Positions 41,274-51,759 of a stretch of 64,000 nt of DNA are shown here, in pieces. Position 1 is the first letter of the stretch, and every line of letters starts with the position of its first letter. Position numbers and translations under genes: made by a program. The stretch is from NCBI GenBank assembly GCA_963783905.1, contig CAWAPG010000005.1, forward strand, positions 120,576-184,575. The letters run 5' to 3'. This DNA is from an uncultured delta proteobacterium (GTDB taxonomy: Bacteria > Desulfobacterota > Desulfobulbia > Desulfobulbales > BM004). The notes beneath the pieces were generated by a model. It did not search any database. It was not told where the DNA came from and saw only the letters and a program-made list of their open reading frames with translations.

Positions 41274-42620
41274 TTACTCTTCCTTCAGTTTATTCCGTTT
41301 AGGTTTCATAAGCTCTTTTGGTTTAAACTCGGTAAAGGCGATAAGGCCGGTGGGGCGGAAGAGCATGACCAGGATAAGCAGCAGCGGAATTATTATCCAT
41401 TTGTAAAGCTCAAGCGGCCGCAGGGCCTCGCCCAGAATATTGATGCTGACCGCCCCGACAATGGAACCGGTGACTGAATTGAGACCGCCGAAATAGACCA
41501 TGGCCAGAATCTCCGCCAGCCGCTGAATGCCGAAGGAGCTGGGGTTTACATAACGCAGGACATGGGCGAAAAGTCCGCCGGCAACACCGGCCCAGAAGGC
41601 CCCGAACATGAAGGTGATGATCTTTGTTTTGCGGGTATTGACCGTCATCGCCTCGGCCGCCAGTTCGTTGTCACGCACCGCGTTGAGGGCCTTGCCCATG
41701 GTTGAACGGACGAAATTATTGATGATCCAGATACAGAAGACCATGACCGTGAAAACCATGGGAAGGCTGGAATAATGAGGCTGGCTGGACATGCCGCGGG
41801 GCCCGCCGACCAGTTCGAGATTTTCGATCAAACTTTTGACGATAAAGAGAAAGGCAAGGGATATAATGGCAAGATAATCACCGCGGGTGCGGAAGGATGG
41901 TATGGCAATCACCAAGGCACCGATGGCTGCAGCAATGCCGCCGGCAATCAGGGCCAGCGGAAACAAATAAGGACCTAAAGCCTCCGGCAGCAGAGGGGTG
42001 CCGAACAACTTGTCGTCAACAAACAGCAGCAGGGTGATGGTTGAGGCGGTATAGGCGCCCAGTGCCATAAAACCGGGATGCGAGCAGGAAAATTCACCCA
42101 TATAGCCATTGATGACGTTGATGGAGAGCGTCAGCATGATGGCGATCATGGTGAGCTTTATGACCAGCAACCGGTAATCGCTCATATCGGCCCACAGGTG
42201 CAGGGCGCCGTAAAAAAGGCCGAGATGGACGAGAGACGCAACCGTTACCGGTTTTTGGTGAAGAAATTCCGCCAGCCTGTTTGCCGGCTTCTGCAGGAAT
42301 TTCACAATCAGGAAAATGGGAAGCAGGTAAACCAGGACCAGGTAGCCGATCGTACCTGGTATAAGCAACGGTTTTTTAAGCACCGTGAGAAAGCCGAAAA
42401 GCACTGGAATTTTAGGCAGGCCAAGATAGTAGGAAAGGAGATCGCCGAGGAAATATTCCAGCAGCACGGCTCCGAATATACCAAAAAGCCAGCCGATCAG
42501 CGGCACGGAGCCAACCAGATTCAGCAGCCGGGCTTTTATCCCCTTTCCGTTCTGCGGTGATGTGCGTTCCTGTATAGCCATCCTGTTATTTACGGTCACG
42601 ATTCCATGTATACCCTTCAA
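41274..42620 (-). CDS. livM: Branched-chain amino acid ABC permease
   Basis: RGDYLAI, AVRDNELAA, GG..S..G, RPTGL; start may be 42581. Confidence 0.88.
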   Translation of the reverse strand: MKGIHGIVTVNNRMAIQERTSPQNGKGIKARLLNLVGSVPLIGWLFGIFGAVLLEYFLGDLLSYYLGLPKIPVLFGFLTVLKKPLLIPGTIGYLVLVYLLPIFLIVKFLQKPANRLAEFLHQKPVTVASLVHLGLFYGALHLWADMSDYRLLVIKLTMIAIMLTLSINVINGYMGEFSCSHPGFMALGAYTASTITLLLFVDDKLFGTPLLPEALGPYLFPLALIAGGIAAAIGALVIAIPSFRTRGDYLAIISLAFLFIVKSLIENLELVGGPRGMSSQPHYSSLPMVFTVMVFCIWIINNFVRSTMGKALNAVRDNELAAEAMTVNTRKTKIITFMFGAFWAGVAGGLFAHVLRYVNPSSFGIQRLAEILAMVYFGGLNSVTGSIVGAVSINILGEALRPLELYKWIIIPLLLILVMLFRPTGLIAFTEFKPKELMKPKRNKLKEE

Positions 42621-42633
42621 GGCGTGCGATGCT

Positions 42634-43558
42634 TTACAACCTTAGTTGGGTGGAGTGCGCCTGGCCGAAGAAACCGTGCGGCCGGAATGTCAGAATGAGC
42701 AGAATTATGGAATAGGCAATGACATCCCGCAGGGTCGATGGGAAGATCCAGGCGACAAAAATTTCGATAAAGCCCAGGAGAAATCCGGCCAGGGCGGCAC
42801 CGAGAATGGAGCCCCGCCCGCCCAGGATGGCGGCAACAAAGGCTTTCCAGCCCAGGAGGATTCCCATGTACGGGTCAAGCACCGGGTAGGCGAGACCGTA
42901 TAAAATGCCGGCCGCAGATGCCAGGGCCGACCCGATGGCAAAGGTCAGCGGTGCAATCCTGTTGATGGAGATACCCATCAGTGGTACCGCCTCAAAATCA
43001 AAGGACATGGCCCGCATGGCCATGCCCCATTTACTTTTCTGGATGAAGCGGTGCAGGAGATACATGAGCCCCAGGGAAACCCCGACAATGAGTATCTTCT
43101 TGTTGGTTACATATACCCCGCCGAAGCGGTAGGTGACCGATTCGATAAGCTGGGGAAAACTGAGCCGGCGGGCCCCGAGAATGGCCAGGTTGCCGGTCTC
43201 CAGGATGATGCCGATCATGAGTCCGGTAATGGCGGCGGAAGCCCTGGGTGCATTCCGTAGGGGCCGATATCCCACCCGTTCAATGAACATGCCCACGAAG
43301 GAAGTGAAAAACATGGAAAAGAGGATGGTCAGGACAAGGATCAGCCAGCCGGGCAGCGGGATGCCGGTCATGGCGACAAACGCCGAGCAGGGCCGTCGCT
43401 ACACCGAAGCCGATATATGCGCCGACCATGAAGACATCGCCGTGGGCGAAATTGAACAGCATGAGGATGCTGTACACCATGGAATATCCCAGGGCGATCA
43501 GGGCGTAAAAGCTGCCCCATTGCAAGGCGTTTACAATGTTCTGGAGAAAAAGATCCAT
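42634..43558 (-). pseudogene. livH: Branched-chain amino acid ABC permease, frameshifted near 43380
   Basis: N-part (GSFYALIALGY...NFAHG) and C-part (G.AMRA, KAFVAAILGG, RPHG) are in different frames; one extra base, possibly an assembly error. Confidence 0.8.
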
Positions 43559-43564
43559 CCCGGC

Positions 43565-44746
43565 TCAGTTCGGACAGACGGATTTATAGAATTCGTATTC
43601 CCCCGTGTCGCTGATCCGGACAATAACAGCGCATTTGATCGGGTCTCCTTCTTTGGTAAACGTCATCTCACCGGTGATGCCTTTGAAGTTCTTAATTTGG
43701 GCCAGGGAGTCGCGCACCGCCCGGCGGTCGGTTTTGATATCGCCGGTGAGTTTGCCGGTATTTTCAATGGCGGTCTGGACGAGGCGGAGCGAATCCCAGG
43801 TCAGGGCCGCAACATCATCCGGGGTGTAGCCGTATTTTTTCTCGTAGCGTTCGATAAATTCCCTGGTGGCGCCCTGGGCCCCGGCAGCGGCATAATGGGT
43901 CGAGAAAAACAGGCCGTAGCAGTCCTTGCCGCAGAGGGTTACAGTTTCGGCCGAACCCCAGGAGTCGCTGCCGACAATGGGGCCGGTCCAGCCGAGTTCA
44001 TGGGCCTGCTGCACTATGAGGGCCACCTCGTTGTAATACTGGGGGGTGAAAAGCACCTGCGCCCCGGAGTTGTTGATCTTGCTGAGCTGGGAGCTGAAAT
44101 CGGTATCCTTGGTGGTGAAGCTTTCAAAGGCGACCACCGAACCGGGACCATGGATCTTTTCCCAGGCCTGTTTGAAAAATTCAGCCAGCCCCTTGGGATA
44201 GTCACTGGCCACATCATAGAGGACCGCCGCCTTGGTGAAGCCGAATTCGCCGGTGATGAAATTGGCCAGGACCGGGCCCTGGAAGGGGTCGAGGAAACAG
44301 CCCCGGAACACAAAGGGTCGGTCCTTGGTGGTGTCTGGATTTGTGGACCACGGGGTGATCATGGGGGTCTGGTAATTGTTGGCCACATCGCCGGCGGGTA
44401 CCGCCTGCTTGGAAGACTGCGGTCCAACAATGACCAGGACCTCGTCTTCGGTGATCATCTTGGTGTTGGCCTTGACCGCGGATTCGGCCTTGGATTCATT
44501 GTCCTCAATCACCAGTTCCACCGGGTATTTCTTGGAGCCGACCTCGATGCCGCCGGCTTTTTTTATGTCATCAAGCCACATCCGGGCGGCATATTTCGTG
44601 CCCTCGCCGACCTTGGGGATGTCACCGGTTATGGGAGCGTTGATGCCGACCTTGACCACTGTTTTGCGTCCGAAACACCAAGCGGTGCCGGATAGCAGCA
44701 ATACTCCGATCAGACCCCAGACAATACCCTCCAATACGCTTTTCAT
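43565..44746 (-). CDS. livK: Branched-chain amino acid ABC substrate-binding protein
   Basis: Signal peptide, APITG, FR.CF.D.FQG, DFSSQL; GAGGAGG RBS. Confidence 0.88.
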   Translation of the reverse strand: MKSVLEGIVWGLIGVLLLSGTAWCFGRKTVVKVGINAPITGDIPKVGEGTKYAARMWLDDIKKAGGIEVGSKKYPVELVIEDNESKAESAVKANTKMITEDEVLVIVGPQSSKQAVPAGDVANNYQTPMITPWSTNPDTTKDRPFVFRGCFLDPFQGPVLANFITGEFGFTKAAVLYDVASDYPKGLAEFFKQAWEKIHGPGSVVAFESFTTKDTDFSSQLSKINNSGAQVLFTPQYYNEVALIVQQAHELGWTGPIVGSDSWGSAETVTLCGKDCYGLFFSTHYAAAGAQGATREFIERYEKKYGYTPDDVAALTWDSLRLVQTAIENTGKLTGDIKTDRRAVRDSLAQIKNFKGITGEMTFTKEGDPIKCAVIVRISDTGEYEFYKSVCPN

Positions 44747-44958
44747 TTTACCTCCTCTCATTGCCTTAGAAGTTTGCAGGGAAAATTGAATTCACGTTGT
44801 AGATCTGCAATCGTAAAGTCATTTTTCTACCTTTAATCCCATGCAATTTACAACAGAAAAATTATGCCATTGCCGACGGGTATTTATACTTACAGGATAA
44901 AGCGTAAAAATACAATTTGCATGGTGAGAATTGTTGGGGAAAGCAGAGAGCTGTTTTT

Positions 44959-45996
44959 TTAATGAATTTTCCGGAACAGGATGAGGCCGAACCAGTTTTT
45001 GGCATCGGTATAGATTTTTACCGGCGCAAAACCGTAAGTTTCGAGATGTCTTTTGAGTTCCGGCAGATGGAACTTGCGGCTGATTTCCAGCTGCAGCCTC
45101 TCGCCTTCTGCCACAGAAAAAACCTTCTGCAGGGGTTCCACTTTTATTGTCTGGGCTGCGGTGAACCGGAGGTAAATCTCCATTCGGCTCTTTTCAGGAT
45201 TAAAGTAGGCGACGTGTTGAATCCGGTTGAGATCAACGGATGAACCAAGTTCACGGTTCATCCTGGCAACGTAATTTTTGGTAAAGGCCGCCGTTATCCC
45301 GGCGCTGTCGTTGTATGCCGCCTCCAGTATATGAACGTCCTTGGCCAGGTCTACCCCGAGGAGGAAATAATCACCGGCCTGCATATGCTGCGAGATATCC
45401 TGCCAGAATTGCCGCTCCTCCGGTTCGTTGAAATTACCCAGGGTGCTGCCGAGAAATATGACCAGTGCCGGCGAAGAGCAGCCTAGCAGTTGGAAAGAGT
45501 CATTGTAGGTACCGTGGATGCCGACTACCTGCACCGCAGGCCGTTTATTGATAATGGCCTTGCCGGCCGACCATAAGGCGGTGGCGCTGATATCAATGGG
45601 GGTATAGCAGATATTTCCATAATGGGCCTGGTAGGCGGAAAGAAGGTAATCGGTTTTTACCGAACTGCCGGAACCCAGTTCTACGAGGTGGCAGGAACCG
45701 GTCTCACCGCTGATCTCAAAGGCGTATTTCTGCAGGATCTCCGCTTCGGTTCGGGTCAGATAATACTCCGGTTGCGCGCATATTTTTTCATAGAGTTCGC
45801 TGCCCCGGGCATCGTATAGAAAACGGCATTCAAGCTGCCTGGGGTGTTTTTCCAGCCCTTCACAGACAGATGCGGCAAAGTCTTTGACCGGGTCCTGCAG
45901 ACTGCCTGCCTGCAGGACTACGTTCTGTTGATCATGGACCGCGGAATCGAACGTTTCAATCAGATTTTCATTATCGGTAAATGTTTCGTATTGCAC
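44959..45996 (-). CDS. egtD: L-histidine N-alpha-methyltransferase
   Basis: YDARGSELY..I...PEYYLTRTE, ELGSG, FLGSTLGN, AYND..G.TAAF..N, EISRKF. Confidence 0.93.
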   Translation of the reverse strand: MQYETFTDNENLIETFDSAVHDQQNVVLQAGSLQDPVKDFAASVCEGLEKHPRQLECRFLYDARGSELYEKICAQPEYYLTRTEAEILQKYAFEISGETGSCHLVELGSGSSVKTDYLLSAYQAHYGNICYTPIDISATALWSAGKAIINKRPAVQVVGIHGTYNDSFQLLGCSSPALVIFLGSTLGNFNEPEERQFWQDISQHMQAGDYFLLGVDLAKDVHILEAAYNDSAGITAAFTKNYVARMNRELGSSVDLNRIQHVAYFNPEKSRMEIYLRFTAAQTIKVEPLQKVFSVAEGERLQLEISRKFHLPELKRHLETYGFAPVKIYTDAKNWFGLILFRKIH

Positions 45997-46136
45997 AAGA
46001 GGCTCCTTTGAGTAATGCTTTGACAGTCTACATCCAGCCTGAAAAATAAATTATTATCTGGTATTGTTTATTAAACTAACTATGAAAGATGCGACGTCAA
46101 GCGCAACTGTCAAAAAGAGTAAAAAGGGAATAACGG

Positions 46137-49100
46137 ATGAAATCCGCTGCGGCAAAACATGAAAAGCGGGGTATCTGCGGTATCTGTTCCGCCGGCTGCT
46201 GGGTCAGGGTCACCTACGATGGAGCCGGCCGGATCGCCGCGGTTAAACCGGATGAGACCTCCCCATACGGTATGCTGTGCCGCACCGGACAGGCGGCCCC
46301 CGACGTGGTCTATTCTTCCGACAGGCTCCAGTATCCCATGCGCCGGAAAGGTCCGAAGGGCACCTTTGAGTTCGAGCGGATTTCCTGGGATGATGCCTTC
46401 AGCATAATTGTCGAAAACCTGCAGCGCATCAAGGAAGAATCCGGTCCTGAAGCCACTGCCGTCTACACCGGCAGCGGCAGTTTCGAACTGGCATTCTGTG
46501 ACATTTTTCAACCAAAAGGAGTGGCCGTATCTTCGGCGGCCAGCGTCCTGTTTCCTTTTGGGTCGCCCAATACCCTGGGAGTCGGTGCGCTCTGCTATGT
46601 TTCCTTTGCCATGATCGCACCCCATGTGACCATGGGTCGCCTCTATATCAACACCTTTACGGATGTTGAAAACGCGGAAATGGTTCTGATCTGGGGAAAA
46701 AACCCGGCCGCCCATGCACCGCCCACCGATTTTATCCGCATTCAGCAGGCTCACAGCCGCGGGGCAAAAATCGTGGTCATAGATCCCCGCCGCACCCTGC
46801 TGGCCAAATATCCGGACGCCGAATGGCTGCCGATCCGGCCAGGAACGGACGGCGCCCTGGCCCTGGGTTTATGCAATATCCTGATCGAGGAGGAGCTGTA
46901 CGACGAGTCTTTTGTCCGGAACTGGACCGTCGGTTTTGAGGAGTTCTCGCGCTATGTCCAGCATTTCCGGCCGGAGGTGGTCGAACAGATCACCGGTGTT
47001 CCGGCGGAAAAGGTCGTGGGACTTGCACGCCGGATTGCGGCTGCCAACGGTGTGGCACCGGTTATGTACAGCGGGCTGGAATACAGTGACGGTGCCGTGC
47101 AGGCAATCCGGGCCGTTTTTGTGCTCTGGGCCCTTGCCGGCCAGCTTGACGTGCCGGGGGGGTTCTGCTTCACCATGCCGGAAAATCATTTTCCAATCAA
47201 CCGCGCCGGCCATGTTGAAAATCCGGCCCCCCGCAAGGCTGCCGGCCATAACGATTTTCCAGTCTATACCAAATACCGGGGGGAATTTCATGCCGGCATC
47301 CTGCCCCGGGCGGTCCTGGAAAAAAAGCCGTATCCAATCCGGCTTCTGATAAGTCTGGGCGCGTCCATAATCAGTTCCTGGCCCCAGTCGGATGTCTGGC
47401 GCAGAACCCTCGCTGGTCTTGATTTCCTCACCTGCATTGACCGGCAGCTTACTGCGGATGCCGCCTACGCCGATATTCTGCTGCCGGCCGCCACCTATTA
47501 CGAGATTGAATCCTACATGGTTTATGGTTCTGCTTTCCGCATCCGCGAACGCATGATTGATCCAGTTGGCGAGGCGCGCAATGATTTTTTCATCATGGCT
47601 GAGCTGGCGCAGCGGTTGGGGTATGGCCATCTCTATCCGCAGAATGAAGAAGAACTCCTGCACCATGTGCTTAAAGGTTCCGGCTTCAGCCTGGAAGAGG
47701 TGCGAAAGGCGGGAGGCATGGTGCAGAAACCCGGAGCCATGATGCAGTACAGGAAGTGGGAGAAGGGATTGCTGCGACCGGACGGCATGCCGGGTTTTGA
47801 CACTCCGACCGGCAAGTTTGAGATCGCATCCACCATCCTGGAAGAATACGGATACGATTCCCTGCCGGTTTATGTGGAACCCGGAGAGAGCCCTCACTCA
47901 CAGCCTGACCTGGCCCGGGAGTTTCCCCTGGTGTTCAATTCCGGGGCCCGGGTCAATGTCGACCTGCATACACTGCACCTTACGGTTGCGAAACTGCAGA
48001 AGGACAAACCGGTGCCCACCGTTATGATCAATACCCGGGATGCGGCGGCGCGGTCCATTGTCAACGGCGACCGGGTCCTCCTGAAAACAAAACGCGGCCG
48101 GGTGGAAATGCATGCCTATGTCACCGACGACATAGTGGAGGGTGCCATTGAGGCAAGCGCTATGGGTGGCGGCCCCCTTGGTTCGGAGGAATGGCGGCAG
48201 GCCAATGTGAATACCCTTACGGATTTGGAAAGGTATGATCCGATTTCAGGGTTTCCGGTATACAAGGCCCTGCTGTGTGAGGTGAGCAAGGCAGGAGCCG
48301 GGGATGCGGACAATATAACCGGTTCGGGAGAATACAGCCGGAGCATTACCGCGGCAGCGGCGCCGGCGGTGCGCCGCATCTATCTGGACCATAACGCCAC
48401 CACCCCGGTGGCACCGGAGGTCAGGGAGGCCATGGTTGAAGCTGCCGGATTGTTCGGCAATCCTTCGAGCCTGTATGCCGAAGGCAGGGCATCGCAGATA
48501 TACATGGAGGATGCCAGGCGCCGTCTTGCACTTCTGCTGAACTGTACCGCCAGGCGCATCATCTTCACCGGCTCCGGTTCTGAGGCCAATAACCTAGCCA
48601 TCAAGGGAATTGCTTTTTCCGGTCATGGCAGGCAGCACATGATTACCTCGGCAATTGAGCATCCGTCAGTGTTGAATACCTGCCGGTGGCTCCAGAAACA
48701 GGGCTTTTCCATAACCTACCTCGAACCGGACCGGGACGGCATTGTGCAGCCCCAAACCCTGGAAAACGCGATGCGTAGCGATACATTCCTGGTTTCCATT
48801 ATGACGGCGAATAATGAAACGGGCGTCATTCAGCCGGTTAAAGAACTGGCGGCAATTGCCCATGCCGGGGAATGCGTATTCCACACTGATGCGGTCCAGG
48901 CAGTCGGCAAGATTCCCCTGGATATCACTGAACTCGATGCTGACCTGCTTTCCCTGTCCGGGCACAAGTTTCACGCGCCAAAGGGCATAGGAGCCCTGTA
49001 CATCAAAAAGGGTATAGTTATTGATTCCCTGGTGCATGGCGGCAAGCAGGAACACGGCCGGCGGGCCGGCACGGAAAATGTTGTCGGTATTGCCGGGATC

Positions 49101-49523
49101 GGCAAAGCCGCAGAAATCGCCCTGCAGAAGGTTGCGGAGATGGACCGCATTGCCCGGCTGCGCGACCGGCTTGAACAGAAGCTGTGCGAGTTTGTTCCGT
49201 CTGCGCACCGAAATGGCCACCGGTCAAAACGTCTGCCCAATACCCTTAACATTACCCTTCCCGGCATCCGCGGCGAGTCGCTCGTCCTGGCCCTTGATCA
49301 GCAGGGCATAGCCTGTTCTTCCGGGTCGGCCTGCCGTTCGGGTACACCTGATCCATCCCATGCCCTGACCGCCATGGGGCTTAGTGCAGAACAGGCGCAC
49401 TGCTCCCTGCGCTTTTCCCTGGGATACGGTAATTCCGAGGAGGATATTGACCGGGTAATCGAACGGATCGGAGAAATAATCAACAATCAGAAGTCGACAA
49501 TCCGTTTTGTATCCTGCCGGTGA
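46137..49523 (+). CDS. Molybdopterin/tungstopterin oxidoreductase fused to IscS-type cysteine desulfurase (metallopterin-dependent ergothioneine synthase-like)
   Basis: CGICSAGC...LC [4Fe-4S], RL.YP, PGTD.AL, ADILLP; C-terminal YLDHNATT, SGHKF, SSGSAC; divergent from egtD. Confidence 0.85.
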   Translation: MKSAAAKHEKRGICGICSAGCWVRVTYDGAGRIAAVKPDETSPYGMLCRTGQAAPDVVYSSDRLQYPMRRKGPKGTFEFERISWDDAFSIIVENLQRIKEESGPEATAVYTGSGSFELAFCDIFQPKGVAVSSAASVLFPFGSPNTLGVGALCYVSFAMIAPHVTMGRLYINTFTDVENAEMVLIWGKNPAAHAPPTDFIRIQQAHSRGAKIVVIDPRRTLLAKYPDAEWLPIRPGTDGALALGLCNILIEEELYDESFVRNWTVGFEEFSRYVQHFRPEVVEQITGVPAEKVVGLARRIAAANGVAPVMYSGLEYSDGAVQAIRAVFVLWALAGQLDVPGGFCFTMPENHFPINRAGHVENPAPRKAAGHNDFPVYTKYRGEFHAGILPRAVLEKKPYPIRLLISLGASIISSWPQSDVWRRTLAGLDFLTCIDRQLTADAAYADILLPAATYYEIESYMVYGSAFRIRERMIDPVGEARNDFFIMAELAQRLGYGHLYPQNEEELLHHVLKGSGFSLEEVRKAGGMVQKPGAMMQYRKWEKGLLRPDGMPGFDTPTGKFEIASTILEEYGYDSLPVYVEPGESPHSQPDLAREFPLVFNSGARVNVDLHTLHLTVAKLQKDKPVPTVMINTRDAAARSIVNGDRVLLKTKRGRVEMHAYVTDDIVEGAIEASAMGGGPLGSEEWRQANVNTLTDLERYDPISGFPVYKALLCEVSKAGAGDADNITGSGEYSRSITAAAAPAVRRIYLDHNATTPVAPEVREAMVEAAGLFGNPSSLYAEGRASQIYMEDARRRLALLLNCTARRIIFTGSGSEANNLAIKGIAFSGHGRQHMITSAIEHPSVLNTCRWLQKQGFSITYLEPDRDGIVQPQTLENAMRSDTFLVSIMTANNETGVIQPVKELAAIAHAGECVFHTDAVQAVGKIPLDITELDADLLSLSGHKFHAPKGIGALYIKKGIVIDSLVHGGKQEHGRRAGTENVVGIAGIGKAAEIALQKVAEMDRIARLRDRLEQKLCEFVPSAHRNGHRSKRLPNTLNITLPGIRGESLVLALDQQGIACSSGSACRSGTPDPSHALTAMGLSAEQAHCSLRFSLGYGNSEEDIDRVIERIGEIINNQKSTIRFVSCR

Positions 49524-49696
49524 GATTTTTCCATCGTGCTTCGGCAGAAATTTATGCCTGCACCGCTACCTATATCCGGTTATGGAAGAGAAAGACTTGT
49601 AATGTTCAGCTATTAATTGTTTTATGTACCCCATGATTTCTTTGGGATTTTCAACCGTTACGTTTTTCTCCGGTATGCCTCTAAAAAAGTGCGAGG

Positions 49697-50590
49697 GTGA
49701 AGTTGAATTTAAATAATTTTATCAGCAACTTAACAGACTTAATTTCAAGGCCTCTTCTCAAGATCGCCGGTACTGAGGTTACCCTCCTATCAATTTTTAT
49801 CTTTTTTGTTGTCGTTTCGGTCTCCACCGTCCTCTCGTTTGTCCTGCAACGGGCCTTGAAAAGATCACTGGCCCACAGGTTTGAAAAGCAGGAAGGAACA
49901 CTCGCGGCAATTTTACGGCTGGCTCATTATACCATTATCATCGTTGGCTTCGGCATCGGCCTGCAGATTATCGGCATCAATCTCAGCGCGCTGTTTGCCG
50001 CCGGTGCCGTCTTTGCCATTGCCATAGGCTTTGCCATGCAGAATATCGTTCAGAATTTCGTCTCGGGTATAATCCTGCTGGTCGAGCGCAGCATAAAGCC
50101 CGGGGATATTCTGGAGATTGAAGGCACGGTTGTGAGGGTTATCGACATGCGGATCCGGACCACGGTCGTGCGAACATGGCGGGAGGAGGAACTCATCATG
50201 CCCAACAATGTATTTGCCCAATCGACCGTTAAAAACTACACCCTGCGGGATAATGAATTCCGACTGGGGGTGACGGTAGGAGTATCCTATGCTTCAGATA
50301 TGAAAAAGGTGATCGAGGTCCTTGAAACAACAGCCCGGGATCTGCCCTGGCGTATGGCGCAGCCTGAACCCAGGGTTCTTCTGCAGGATTTTGGGGATTC
50401 GGCCGTGATCTTCGGGGTGTATGTCAATGTGGATGATCCATGGCGGCAGCGGGTCTTTATGTCGGATCTGCGCCGGGCCATCTGGTTTGCATTTATGGAG
50501 GCAAATATCGTCATTGCTTTCAACCAGGTTGACATTCATTTTGACCAACCGGTAACCGAGGCCTTTACCGGGCTGACCACCATTAAATAA
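49697..50590 (+). CDS. mscS: Small-conductance mechanosensitive channel
   Basis: GFAMQ...NFVSG, GD, PN motifs. Confidence 0.88.
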   Translation: MKLNLNNFISNLTDLISRPLLKIAGTEVTLLSIFIFFVVVSVSTVLSFVLQRALKRSLAHRFEKQEGTLAAILRLAHYTIIIVGFGIGLQIIGINLSALFAAGAVFAIAIGFAMQNIVQNFVSGIILLVERSIKPGDILEIEGTVVRVIDMRIRTTVVRTWREEELIMPNNVFAQSTVKNYTLRDNEFRLGVTVGVSYASDMKKVIEVLETTARDLPWRMAQPEPRVLLQDFGDSAVIFGVYVNVDDPWRQRVFMSDLRRAIWFAFMEANIVIAFNQVDIHFDQPVTEAFTGLTTIK

Positions 50591-50603
50591 CAGGCGGAAA
50601 GGA

Positions 50604-51581
50604 ATGACGGGAAGTGGTGACGGACTGATAACGGCGTATATCCTGGATGGCAGCGGCAGCGGCCACCAGGTCGGCTGGGAAGAAATCGGCTCTTGGCAGC
50701 CGGAACAGGGTATTCTCTGGATCCATCTGGATTACAGCATTCCGGCTGTGCAGCAGTGGCTTTATGAAATAAGCGAACTGGATGAGGTGATATGCGATGC
50801 GCTGACCGAAGAAGACTCCCGGCCGCGGTGCACCCCTTTTCACGAAGGACTGCTGCTGGGGTTGCGCGGGGTTAATTTCAACCCGGGATCGGATCCCGAG
50901 GATATGGTGGGAATCAGGATCTGGTTTGAAAAGGGCCGGATCATAAGCACCCGCAGGCGTAAACTCCTTTCCATCACAGATATTCAAACGGCGATAGAAC
51001 AGGGCAGCGGCCCGGAATCATTAAGTGATTTTCTGGTGCAGATAACCGGTAGGCTGATGGGGCGGATGGGGCAGGTCATTGACGACCTGGAGGATGCGGT
51101 GGCCGAGGTAGAAGACCAGGTTCTGACCTCGGAAAACCGGCAGCTGCGTCAGGAGCTGGCCTCCCTGCGGCGGCAGGCAATCAGTCTGCGCCGCTATCTG
51201 GCGCCACAGCGGGAGGCCCTGTCACGGTTGTTGACGGAAAAAATTTTCTGGCTGGATGAAAGGGACCGGATCAGGCTGCGGGAGGTTTACGACCAACTGT
51301 TCCGTTATATCGAGGATCTCGATGAAACGCGGGATCGGGCGGCAGTAACCCAGGAGCAGCTGATCAATACCCTTTCCGAACAAATAAACAACAAGATGTA
51401 TATCCTCTCGATCGTGGCCGCCGTATTTCTGCCGCTGGGCTTTCTGACCGGCCTGTTGGGCATAAATGTCGGCGGTATTCCGGGAGCTGAAAGCAGGCTG
51501 GGATTTCCGATATTTGTTCTGCTGCTGCTGGGAGTTGTCGTTTTTCAGATCTGGTTCTTCAAGAAAAAGAAATGGCTGTGA
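50604..51581 (+). CDS. zntB: ZntB/CorA-family zinc transporter
   Basis: WIHLD, RPR, LRRYLAPQR, FLPLGFLTGLLGINVGGIP. Confidence 0.9.
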   Translation: MTGSGDGLITAYILDGSGSGHQVGWEEIGSWQPEQGILWIHLDYSIPAVQQWLYEISELDEVICDALTEEDSRPRCTPFHEGLLLGLRGVNFNPGSDPEDMVGIRIWFEKGRIISTRRRKLLSITDIQTAIEQGSGPESLSDFLVQITGRLMGRMGQVIDDLEDAVAEVEDQVLTSENRQLRQELASLRRQAISLRRYLAPQREALSRLLTEKIFWLDERDRIRLREVYDQLFRYIEDLDETRDRAAVTQEQLINTLSEQINNKMYILSIVAAVFLPLGFLTGLLGINVGGIPGAESRLGFPIFVLLLLGVVVFQIWFFKKKKWL

Positions 51582-51627
51582 TTTCCGGTAAGGAGAAATT
51601 ACTGCAATATAGGGATTATCCATCTAA

Positions 51628-51703
51628 GAATTCTGGGGACACCATACTTAATTACACAAAAACAGGGGTTAAAGATGAATTAAGTATGGTGTCCCCAGAA
51701 TTC
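51628..51703. repeat. Perfect 26-bp inverted repeat element (REP/MITE-like)
   Basis: GAATTCTGGGGACACCATACTTAATT-N24-AATTAAGTATGGTGTCCCCAGAATTC between convergent genes. Confidence 0.85.
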
Positions 51704-51759
51704 CTCCAGCACCAGCCCTTAACCACCCTCTGTTTTTCCCAGTCACCAGGGAGGCTATT

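Noticed and set aside
43133-44695. 520-aa plus-strand ORF
   Set aside because: Antisense shadow of livK/livH with no motifs
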